From the IMG/VR virus record IMGVR_UViG_3300009506_000045, positions 1 through 52,675 of that record: a DNA stretch of 52,675 bases, one strand, 5' to 3'. Positions within the stretch are counted from its first letter, which is position 1; the number at the start of each line of letters is the position of its first letter. The translations under genes were made by a program, and so were the position numbers. The notes below the pieces were generated by a model that had not been told where the DNA came from, made no database searches, and was given only the letters and a program-made list of their open reading frames with translations. Positions 1 through 7,878 of this stretch are shown here, piece by piece. This DNA is from a virus. Its lineage: Duplodnaviria; Caudoviricetes.

Positions 1-222
1 CGGGTGGGCCCTCGCCCTCACGAAGACCGATCCCCTGACGGCCGGGTGGGCCCTCGCCCTCACGAAGACCGATCCCCTGACGGCCGGGTGGGCCCTCGCC
101 CTCACGAAGACCGATCCCCTGACGGCCGGGTGGGCCCTCGCCCTCACGGGGACCGACGACCTGACGGCCGGCTGGGCCCTCGCCCTCACGAAGACCGATC
201 CCCTGACGGCCGGGTGGGCCCT
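1..222. repeat. 42-bp tandem repeat (~5.3 copies), coding AGWALALT(K/G)TD(P/D)LT in frame +2
   Basis: Unit CGGGTGGGCCCTCGCCCTCACGAAGACCGATCCCCTGACGGC starts at 1, 43, 85, 127, 169, 211; the same unit recurs at 52460-52602. Confidence 0.97.
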
Positions 223-805
223 GTCGCTTTCCGGGACGTATTCCCGTTTGGCAGGGTGGGCGCTGGCGGTTCCAGGTGTTACATTGTTAGACGCGGCCTG
301 GGCCCTGGCCCGAACGGCGTCCGCGGCGCTTTCCGCGGGGTGGGTGGTAGCTTTGGGCGCCTCCGTCAAAGAGCAGATCCTGGCGAACCTCGAGACGACC
401 CTCCAAGGGGTCACGACCGGGAGCGGATACGATACCGACGTGGCGCGGGTCTATCGGCGTCCGATCCCCCTCCCGAACGTGAGGGAGAAGCCGGCGATCA
501 TGTTCGGAACCACCTCGACGGAGAAGACCCAGGTTCCGATCACGGCCTCGACGGTGCAGCTCACGGTACCCTTGATCCTGATCATCGACGACGATCATAG
601 CGGGGAGACCGCGGACCTGACGGCCTTCCTCAAGGACGTCGAGAACGCGCTCCAGGTGGACCACACCCGGGGCGGGTACGCGGTGGATACGATCGACGAG
701 GGGGAGGAGGATTACACCGAGGAGACCGACGCCCTGCTCGTGACGGTGAAGCGCTACCGGATCCACTATCGGCACCAGGTGCTCGACGCGGAGACGAAGG
801 TATGA
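2..805 (+). CDS. Tail terminator-like protein (lambda gpU-like C-terminal domain) with N-terminal 14-aa repeats; 5' part lies at 52391-52602
   Basis: Frame +2 is open from nt 2 into ORF 248..805; C-terminal 'KEQILANLETTL...DVENALQVDHTRGGYAVDT...YRIHYRH' resembles tail terminators; lies upstream of the tail tube gene. Confidence 0.7.
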   Translation, partial: GWALALTKTDPLTAGWALALTKTDPLTAGWALALTKTDPLTAGWALALTGTDDLTAGWALALTKTDPLTAGWALSLSGTYSRLAGWALAVPGVTLLDAAWALARTASAALSAGWVVALGASVKEQILANLETTLQGVTTGSGYDTDVARVYRRPIPLPNVREKPAIMFGTTSTEKTQVPITASTVQLTVPLILIIDDDHSGETADLTAFLKDVENALQVDHTRGGYAVDTIDEGEEDYTEETDALLVTVKRYRIHYRHQVLDAETKV

Positions 806-1149
806 CGATCCCGACCCAGGAGCTCCCGATCCAGGAGGAGCGAATCTGGGACGTCTTGACGACGGACGACCCCTGGGCCCCGAGGCAGCGCCGGCTCCGG
901 CAGCCGGATCGGCTTCGTCGGTGGCGGTTGACCTGGGAGTTGGCGACGGCGACGGAGAAGGACCAGCTCGTCTCGGAGTTTGAAGCTGCGCTCGGGGCGG
1001 CGGGAACGTTCTCGATGACCCCGGCGGACGTCGGATCACCGGTAACGGTACGTTTTACGACGGATACGCTCGACTGGACGCTGGTCGAGCCTACGCGCTA
1101 TCGGGTGCAGATCGAGGTCGAGGAGATCCTGTTCGGCATCACGACCTAG
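802..1149 (+). CDS. Distal tail protein-like (lambda gpM/DUF2460-like)
   Basis: 'RRWRLTW...FEAALGAAGTFSMTP...VRFTTDTL...YRVQIEVEE' pattern; ATGA overlap with upstream gene. Confidence 0.65.
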   Translation: MTIPTQELPIQEERIWDVLTTDDPWAPRQRRLRQPDRLRRWRLTWELATATEKDQLVSEFEAALGAAGTFSMTPADVGSPVTVRFTTDTLDWTLVEPTRYRVQIEVEEILFGITT

Positions 1150-1161
1150 GGAGGAGAAACC

Positions 1162-2337
1162 ATGGGTCTAATGCGGGTGCGCCAGGTGGTGCGCAAGGTA
1201 GAGAGCACGGAGGGAACCGCCGTTAGCGTGGCGGCGGCCAACGCGGGGATCCTGGTCTACGAACCGTCGACCACGCACTCCGTGAACATGTTCAAACGGA
1301 CGCCGGCACGGGCGGCGATGTCACCCCTGGTCCAGATCCCCGGGATCCGTACGGGGACCACGGCCTACCGGGTCGAGCTCAAGGGCTCCGGAACCACGGG
1401 GACGTCTCCCTCCTGGGGGACCGACCTACAGGGTTGCGGGATGCGTGAGCTGGAGCTCTGGAAGGTCGGCATCTCTGGTGGGTCGGGGACCTTTTCGCAC
1501 GGGACCACGGTCCTGCAGGCAACGTCTCTCGCCACCGGGGTCGTGCTCAAGGACACCGACGCGAGCTCGGCGAGCTTTCTCTACGTGGGGGTGACGTCGG
1601 GCACGTTCGACGGGACCCATGTCGTCGACGACGACTACTCCTCGGCCACCTTTACGGCGAGCTCGGCGGTGGACGCGGGCGTCTCCTATTGGCCGGACTC
1701 CTCGGCTGGCGCTGGCGACGGGACGAGCTACACGGTCGGGACGTACGAAGACGGGATCCGGAAGATCATACGTGGATCCCGTGGGACCTGGGGCATCGAA
1801 ACCAACGTTGGCGAGCCGGCCTTCCTTACCTTCTCCTGGCAGGGGGTCGAGGAGGAGGTGGCAGACGCGCCCCTGCTCACGGGGATCACGTTCGAGGAGG
1901 TGACGCCCCCAAAGTTCCAGAACGTCGCCTTCGCGATCGACGATGGCTCGAGCTACTCGCCGGTCTTCGGAGCCTTTTCGTTCGCCATGAACAACCAGCT
2001 TGGGGTGAGAACGGACGCTAACTCGGCCGAGGGGGCCCTCTCGGTGCGGATCACGGACCGTGACCCTAACGGGTCGTTTGACCCGGAGACGGTGCTCGTG
2101 GCCTCGCACGACTTCTACAACAACTGGTTCGCCGGAACCACGTACTCGATGGACTTTACGCTTGGCACGGTCGCGGGGAACAAGATCGAGGTCTTCGCGC
2201 CGCGGGCGCAGTCAACCGACGTCGGGGACGGGGACCGAACGGGCCTCGCGCTCTCGCCGGTGAGCTACGGGGTGTCGGTGGACTCCATCAACACACCGGG
2301 GGACGACGAGATCGTGATCGTGCAGTGGGACGTGTAG
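1162..2337 (+). CDS. Major tail (tube) protein with inserted beta domain
   Basis: SD GGAGGAG; 391 aa, beta-rich; directly upstream of the chaperone frameshift pair and tape measure. Confidence 0.8.
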   Translation: MGLMRVRQVVRKVESTEGTAVSVAAANAGILVYEPSTTHSVNMFKRTPARAAMSPLVQIPGIRTGTTAYRVELKGSGTTGTSPSWGTDLQGCGMRELELWKVGISGGSGTFSHGTTVLQATSLATGVVLKDTDASSASFLYVGVTSGTFDGTHVVDDDYSSATFTASSAVDAGVSYWPDSSAGAGDGTSYTVGTYEDGIRKIIRGSRGTWGIETNVGEPAFLTFSWQGVEEEVADAPLLTGITFEEVTPPKFQNVAFAIDDGSSYSPVFGAFSFAMNNQLGVRTDANSAEGALSVRITDRDPNGSFDPETVLVASHDFYNNWFAGTTYSMDFTLGTVAGNKIEVFAPRAQSTDVGDGDRTGLALSPVSYGVSVDSINTPGDDEIVIVQWDV

Positions 2338-2347
2338 GAGGTGATGT

Positions 2348-2734
2348 TTGATCGTTGTCAGCAACGCGGAGCGGATCCCTTACGTGCTCAAGCGGGAGCG
2401 TGAACTTTCGAAGGAGCGGCGGAGCATCTTCTTCTTGCGCCCACTCAAGACGAGCGTCGTGGCCCGGATCCAGGACTCGCAAGCGACCATGACCCAAGAT
2501 GGGGTCTTCGGCTTCCGAACGGCGCAGGCGACGCTCGAGATCCTGAAAGAAGGCCTGGTCGGCTGGGAGAACGTCGTTGACGAGCGGGGCGAGCAGGTTC
2601 CGTTCCGGACGCAAGGTGCGTCGGATAAACCCGCCCAGGTGACCATCGATCAGATCCCGATCGAGGAGGCCAAGGAGCTGGCGCTCGCGATCGAGGCGGG
2701 TGCACGGCTGACGGAGGACGAGGAAAAAAACTGA
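2348..2734 (+). CDS. Tail assembly chaperone (gpG-like)
   Basis: 'GLVGWENVVDERGEQVPF' motif; ends EEKN on slippery A AAA AAC. Confidence 0.85.
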   Translation: MIVVSNAERIPYVLKRERELSKERRSIFFLRPLKTSVVARIQDSQATMTQDGVFGFRTAQATLEILKEGLVGWENVVDERGEQVPFRTQGASDKPAQVTIDQIPIEEAKELALAIEAGARLTEDEEKN

Positions 2735-2769
2735 GGTTGGCGGTAGGGCTGGCGGACGGGGTCCTACCG
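2725..2769 (+). promoter_or_regulatory. Programmed -1 frameshift site (A AAA AAC plus 9-bp stem)
   Basis: Heptamer 2725-2731; stem CGGTAGGGC (2741-2749)/GTCCTACCG (2761-2769); the -1 frame continues into ORF 2737..3069. Confidence 0.85.
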
Positions 2770-3069
2770 ATGTCGTGCGATCGGTGCGAGCAGAGCCCCG
2801 AGCTTCGCCGGTCGTGGGGTTGCGACGAGCCGACCCCGTATCCGTTCGCGGTGTTTGAGATGCGAGGCAAGCGCTACCCGTTGACGCGGTGCCCGCTGAA
2901 GGAGCTCCGGAAGGAGCCCCGCATCGGGCAGGTGCTCACGGCCTACCGGTGGCTGGTGTCCTACGGCATCCCTCCGAACGAGGGGGGCCACGGGAACCAG
3001 CCGGCGGCCTTCGTGGCGGCGGTGCAGGTGATCGAGGACGAGCGGGCGAGGATCGACCGACAGCGCTGA
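2737..3069 (+). CDS. Tail assembly chaperone frameshift extension (gpT-like), Cys-containing
   Basis: In the -1 frame of the upstream chaperone and precedes the tape measure; CDRC...C...CP. Confidence 0.8.
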   Translation: MAVGLADGVLPMSCDRCEQSPELRRSWGCDEPTPYPFAVFEMRGKRYPLTRCPLKELRKEPRIGQVLTAYRWLVSYGIPPNEGGHGNQPAAFVAAVQVIEDERARIDRQR

Positions 3070-3094
3070 TCCCAGCCTACGTAGAGGTAACGAC

Positions 3095-5188
3095 GTGGCG
3101 GACGCAAGCCTGCAGGTAGAGCTCCGGGCGAAGGACGAGGCGACCCAGGCCGTCAAGAACCTCGGGGTGGAGGGAGACAAGACCTCTAAGAGCTTGAAGA
3201 GCGGTCTGATCCCGGCCCTGCTCAAGACGGCGATCGTGCTCGAGGGTTTGAAGCTCGCGGCACGGACGGTGGGAGGGCTTATCAAGAGCCTAACCACCGG
3301 TTTCATCGACTCGGGCGACGAGATGATAAAGACGGCCCGAGCGTTCGGGGTCTCGGTCGAGCAGCTCTCAACGCTCCGGGCCGAGGCGGCGCTCGCGTCG
3401 GTGGACTTTCACGCCATGCTGATGTCGACCCGAAAGCTCGCTCAAGGGGTCGATGACCTGCGCCGGGGGACCGGAGAGTCGATCGATTCGTGGCGGTACT
3501 TTGGGATCACGATCGAGGACATCGATAAGAGCGGAGGCTCGTTGACCGACGTTATGGAGCTCCTGGCCGACCGGGTCTCGCAGCTTCCGGACAGCCTCGC
3601 GAAGGCGAACGCAGCGGGGGACATCTTCGGGCAGCGGGTCGGGAGCAAGCTGATCCCACTCCTCGACCAGGGCTCGGAGGCGCTCCGGAAGCAGAAGGAG
3701 CGGTTCATCGAGCTCGGGGTTATCATGTCGCAGGATCAAGCTCGAGCGGCGGAGAAGGCGGCCGATGCGATGACGCTCCTTCGACTCACGGCCGAGGGGG
3801 TACGGAACGAGATCGGAGCACAGGTGGCGCCCGTGCTCGAGGACCTGATCCTTCGCTTCCTGGCCTTCTTCCAGGAGGTCCGCCCCAAGCTCGTGATCTT
3901 TCTGCACGCGGTGCCGTTGACCTTCCGGGCCGTCTTCATGACCGTCCGGAAGATCATCCAGGAGGGCTTCGGCGGAGAGCTCTTCTCCGAGCTCCTGGCG
4001 AAGTTTGGGCTCCTCGGGGCGGGGATCCTGAAGATCACCGCACGTTTCGCCCTAACCATGTGGGAGCCCCTGTTCACCGAGTTCAAGATCATCGGCTATC
4101 GAATTGTCAACTTCTGGGCGGATCAGGTCGGGAACAAGCTTGTTGAGGACCTCGCCAACCTGCCCCAGAACCTAGCCCGGGTGCTCCCGAAGGGGTTGCG
4201 TGATCTGTTGGGGTTGAGCGGGTTCGCGCGAAGCACGGTCCGGGTCAAGCTCTTTCCCACCCTCGATGAGTCGGAGCTAACCTCCTTAGCAACGAAGATG
4301 CGGGCCGAGACGACCAGCATCGGGGAGGGGTTCCGCAAGGCCGGGGCCGAGGCGGTAGCGCAGTTCTCGGTGCTTTTTGACAAGCTCAAGACCACGGACG
4401 CGAGCTTCCCCCAGCTCAAGAGGGTCTTCGTCGGGGTCGCGGCAGCGTTGAAGCAGGCGCAGCGCGAGGCGGAGAAATTCAATAAGGAGGCGGACCCTAC
4501 CGGCAAGCCGACGATCACGGCCTGGCAACGGTTCCTCGGTCTTGACGAAAAGGGAGACATCCAGGCGGATCAGGGCTTCCTCGGGGCCCTGCAAAAGATC
4601 AAAGCCGACCTAGACGACGTGGGGATGCGCGGGGTCAAGGTCGGGCAGGACCTGGCGGCAGCGCTGACCAGCGCGCTCGACAACGGGTTCTTCAAGGTTA
4701 TCGAGGGAGGCTTCGAGTCGACCCGACGGTTGTTCAAGGATCTGCTGGCGGACATCCTCAAAGGGCTCGCTCAGATCGCGGCGCGGCAGGTGACCTCGAG
4801 CATCGTCTCGAACGCGATAGGGTTGTTGCCTGGCCTAGCAAAGGGGGGCGTGGTTCCAGGTGAGCTCCTTCGTACGGTCCCCGTCCAGGCGTACCAGCAC
4901 GGCGGGATCGCGACCTCGCCCCAGCTCGCGCTCTTCGGCGAGGGGAGCAGCCCCGGCGAGGCCTTCGTGCCGCTCGGCCCTAACCGTAAGATCCCGGTCG
5001 AGCTGGACGGGAAGGGAGCGACCCCGGGACGAACGACCAACCTCACGCTGAACGTCCAGGCGATCGACGCGGCCTCGTTCGCGACCTTCCTCGATCGACC
5101 GAGCAACCGGGCGCTGCTGAAGAACCTCCTCGTGGACGAGGTAAACATCGACGACGGGTTCCGTCGTACCTTGAACCGGAGGCGGTGA
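3095..5188 (+). CDS. Tape measure protein
   Basis: 697 aa, helical, Ala-rich; C-terminal 'AKGGVV...YQHGGI...LFGEG...EAFVPL' typical of lambdoid TMP ends. Confidence 0.92.
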   Translation: MADASLQVELRAKDEATQAVKNLGVEGDKTSKSLKSGLIPALLKTAIVLEGLKLAARTVGGLIKSLTTGFIDSGDEMIKTARAFGVSVEQLSTLRAEAALASVDFHAMLMSTRKLAQGVDDLRRGTGESIDSWRYFGITIEDIDKSGGSLTDVMELLADRVSQLPDSLAKANAAGDIFGQRVGSKLIPLLDQGSEALRKQKERFIELGVIMSQDQARAAEKAADAMTLLRLTAEGVRNEIGAQVAPVLEDLILRFLAFFQEVRPKLVIFLHAVPLTFRAVFMTVRKIIQEGFGGELFSELLAKFGLLGAGILKITARFALTMWEPLFTEFKIIGYRIVNFWADQVGNKLVEDLANLPQNLARVLPKGLRDLLGLSGFARSTVRVKLFPTLDESELTSLATKMRAETTSIGEGFRKAGAEAVAQFSVLFDKLKTTDASFPQLKRVFVGVAAALKQAQREAEKFNKEADPTGKPTITAWQRFLGLDEKGDIQADQGFLGALQKIKADLDDVGMRGVKVGQDLAAALTSALDNGFFKVIEGGFESTRRLFKDLLADILKGLAQIAARQVTSSIVSNAIGLLPGLAKGGVVPGELLRTVPVQAYQHGGIATSPQLALFGEGSSPGEAFVPLGPNRKIPVELDGKGATPGRTTNLTLNVQAIDAASFATFLDRPSNRALLKNLLVDEVNIDDGFRRTLNRRR

Positions 5189-5189
5189 C

Positions 5190-6782
5190 GTGGCCGATAC
5201 CGCCGATCGGTTCCAGATCACGCCTCCTAGCGGAGCCGCTAGCGGCCCGCAGGCTGGACGTTCGGCCTCGCTCCATATCGGAGGCGGCCAGCTCTTCGCC
5301 CTCTTTGAGAAGAGCGACTCCTCGCAGACCCTCATGACGTCGATCGACTCCGGGGCTACGTGGGCGGTCGACGGCTCGAGCGGCGATTGGCCCTGCCCGA
5401 TCTTCAACGCGCAGTGCCTGGCCTGGAACCCGAGCACGGAGGAGCTCTATATCTTCCGCGTCGTCTCGGGAATCATCGGCTGGCGACACCGAACGGCGGC
5501 CGGAACCTGGTCGAGCCTCGAGATCATGGACAGCTCGGCCTCGGACAGCTTGGCCAGCATCCTCGACGCCCGGATCGGGTCGGACGGGAACGGGAGGGCT
5601 TGTTACTACTCCGCGGCCGGCGGAACGCACCACCTATGGTACTGGGCGGACGGTGGGGTAGAGACCAACGAGACGATCGCCACCGACGGGGGAGCCTACG
5701 GAACCTCGGGCTTCGGTTCGATCGCGATCGTGCTCGCGAGCGACGACACCCCGCACGTGCTCTTCTACGGGGTGGCCTCCTCGGCCCGGTCCGGTCTAAA
5801 CACGATCTGGCATAGCTACCGAACGGGGGGTGCGTGGACGACGCCGGTGGCGATCAAGACCGACGTCTCCGACGACCACAGCAGCGTTGACTTCCGGCCG
5901 GTCATGGGGCCTAGCGGAAACCTCCTGGTGCCGTTCGTCGCGAAGGACGGGAGCGGGGTCAACCGGCTCTACCTGGCGGAGTGGACCGGCTCCTGGACCG
6001 ACTACCTCGTTGACAGCGAGTGGGAGCCGCGAAACACGAACGGCGTGGTCGCGGGGGTGGACCAGGACGGCGTCTGCTGGATCGCTACGAACGGCGAGGT
6101 TGACAGCGTGCTCCTGAACCAGGCGCAGGTCTACGTTTGGAAGCGGCTTCCCGGCTCGAGCTCGTTCACCCGGGAGAGGGTCGGCACGGAGAACCGAAAC
6201 GTTGGATCCTCGGCTACGACGGTCTGGTCATCGGGGGCGGACGTCGCTGGGAGCTCCTCGCTGCAACCGTTGACCGGGGCCTTCTGGTTCTTCTACGGAG
6301 ACTGGGACGACTCGACCGGAAAGTACTGGTTCGTGCGCTCCCCTAACCTGACGTGGGACACCCCGGAGCCGCAGCCGGTCTGCGAGGCGGAGCCGACCCG
6401 GACCTCCGTGATCTTCGACGACGAGGGGACGAGCGAGGTTACCTTCGGCTACACCCCCGACCTGGCCTTCACGGTACGTGGGAGCTTTTCGACCAACGAG
6501 CTCCGGACCGAACGGGGCTACGTTATCACGCACCCGAAGCAGCCGGCGACGAGGCGGACCTGGCGGCTGCTCTTCCAGCACCGGGACCAGACCGATCGGG
6601 ACGGAATCCTCGCGGACGTCGAGACGCTCGACGCTGCGCGCGGCACCTTCACCTTTACCGAGCCGGTGTCCGGAGCCTCGATCGTCGCGTCCTTGGTGTC
6701 GGGCTCGGTCACCTCGACGAAGGTCAACCCCGGGGTCTACACGGTATCGTTCGACGCGGTCGAGCTGGTGAACACGACGTGA
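5190..6782 (+). CDS. Evolved distal tail protein: N-terminal beta-propeller-like domain plus C-terminal gpM/Dit-like domain
   Basis: BNR-like 'SIDSGATW' and repeated W-containing blades; C-terminal 'RRTWRLLF...GTFTFTEP...YTVSFDAVE'; Dit position after TMP. Confidence 0.65.
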   Translation: MADTADRFQITPPSGAASGPQAGRSASLHIGGGQLFALFEKSDSSQTLMTSIDSGATWAVDGSSGDWPCPIFNAQCLAWNPSTEELYIFRVVSGIIGWRHRTAAGTWSSLEIMDSSASDSLASILDARIGSDGNGRACYYSAAGGTHHLWYWADGGVETNETIATDGGAYGTSGFGSIAIVLASDDTPHVLFYGVASSARSGLNTIWHSYRTGGAWTTPVAIKTDVSDDHSSVDFRPVMGPSGNLLVPFVAKDGSGVNRLYLAEWTGSWTDYLVDSEWEPRNTNGVVAGVDQDGVCWIATNGEVDSVLLNQAQVYVWKRLPGSSSFTRERVGTENRNVGSSATTVWSSGADVAGSSSLQPLTGAFWFFYGDWDDSTGKYWFVRSPNLTWDTPEPQPVCEAEPTRTSVIFDDEGTSEVTFGYTPDLAFTVRGSFSTNELRTERGYVITHPKQPATRRTWRLLFQHRDQTDRDGILADVETLDAARGTFTFTEPVSGASIVASLVSGSVTSTKVNPGVYTVSFDAVELVNTT

Positions 6783-6789
6783 GGCGGAC

Positions 6790-7440
6790 GTGGCGCGCAC
6801 CCTAACTACCGACCTGGTCACGGAGAAGAACAAGCTCCATCAGACCTCCCCGTGGATCTGGCTCCTCGAGGTCGCGATCTCGGATAGCTCGTCGATCCGG
6901 ATCGCTTCCTACCAGCAGAACGTGGCCTTCAACGGGGACACCTACTACGCGTTTCCCTTCACGGTCGGGGCTTTCCGGCAGAGCGGGGAGGGGCAGACCC
7001 CGACCCTCAGCCTGACCGTGCCGAACGTAACGCGGGAGATCCAGGTGCTCCTCGACGCGAACGACGGCCTGAGTCGGCGTAAGGTCTGGGTGCGGCTCGT
7101 GCACGCGGACTACCTCGCGGACGGGGACGCCAAGATCGAGGACCGCTTCACGGTCCAGCAGGCGGTCGCGACGGCGGAGGCGGTCTCGTTCACGCTCGGC
7201 CGGACCGACCTCACCACGGCGCAGGTCCCGAAGCGGCGTTACGTGAGGAGCTACTGCACCTTGGTCTACGAGGGAGAGGCCTGCGGGTACTCGACGGGTC
7301 TCTTGTCCAGTTGTGACCATACCTTGAATGGTAAGCGGGGGTGCATCGTGCACGGGGACACGGACGTCGCGGCGGGCTACACGAGGAAGCACCCCCGGAG
7401 GTTCGGGGGCTGCCCCAACATCGCGAAACAACGTAACTGA
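6790..7440 (+). CDS. Tail tip protein L-like (DUF1833/gpL)
   Basis: 'YYAFPF', C-terminal C-x3-Y-x-G-x2-C...C...C and 'RFGGCP'. Confidence 0.85.
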   Translation: MARTLTTDLVTEKNKLHQTSPWIWLLEVAISDSSSIRIASYQQNVAFNGDTYYAFPFTVGAFRQSGEGQTPTLSLTVPNVTREIQVLLDANDGLSRRKVWVRLVHADYLADGDAKIEDRFTVQQAVATAEAVSFTLGRTDLTTAQVPKRRYVRSYCTLVYEGEACGYSTGLLSSCDHTLNGKRGCIVHGDTDVAAGYTRKHPRRFGGCPNIAKQRN

Positions 7441-7449
7441 CGGTGAGGT

Positions 7450-7878
7450 TTGGGTATCGTGGGTTGCCTAAATTTAGGCCTTGACCTGGAGGCGCTAAAC
7501 GCTCGGATGAACGGTCTGCTCGGCACCCCCTTCGAGGACAACGGGCGCGGAGCGACCCTCGACTGCACCGGGCTCGCGCTCGAGCTCTGGCGAGCCGGAG
7601 GGGTCGAGCTCCCGGACCCGGTTGACGCGGACCGAGCGGCCGACGCCCTGATCCCCGGATGCGTCCGGGAGCTCCCCGGGCCCGAGCTCGGTTGTTTGGT
7701 GATCGTGGAGCACCCGACCGGTCCCGTGGACCACGTGGGCGTGCTGCTGGCTCCAGGGATCGTAGGACACGCCACCCGGGGCGCTGGGGTGGTGAGGACG
7801 ACCCTCCGGACGCTGATCGGTCGCTGCGACGGCCGGCGGAGAACCGTGCGCTACTATGGGCCGAGCCATGGAACGTAG
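7450..7878 (+). CDS. NlpC/P60 tail tip peptidase (gpK-like); start may be ATG 7507
   Basis: 'GTPF...GR...LDCTGL' and 'HVGV...HA' Cys-His-His motifs. Confidence 0.85.
   Translation: MGIVGCLNLGLDLEALNARMNGLLGTPFEDNGRGATLDCTGLALELWRAGGVELPDPVDADRAADALIPGCVRELPGPELGCLVIVEHPTGPVDHVGVLLAPGIVGHATRGAGVVRTTLRTLIGRCDGRRRTVRYYGPSHGT

Noticed and set aside
1-222. Terminal repeats as a CRISPR array or as phage terminal direct repeats
   Set aside because: Units are head-to-tail with no unique spacers and are coding; their presence at both ends is best explained by an assembly break inside one array
4-600. 198-aa GPRPHEDRSPDGRV repeat ORF
   Set aside because: Alternative frame of the repeat; frame +2 has a SD/start at 52391 and joins a recognisable domain
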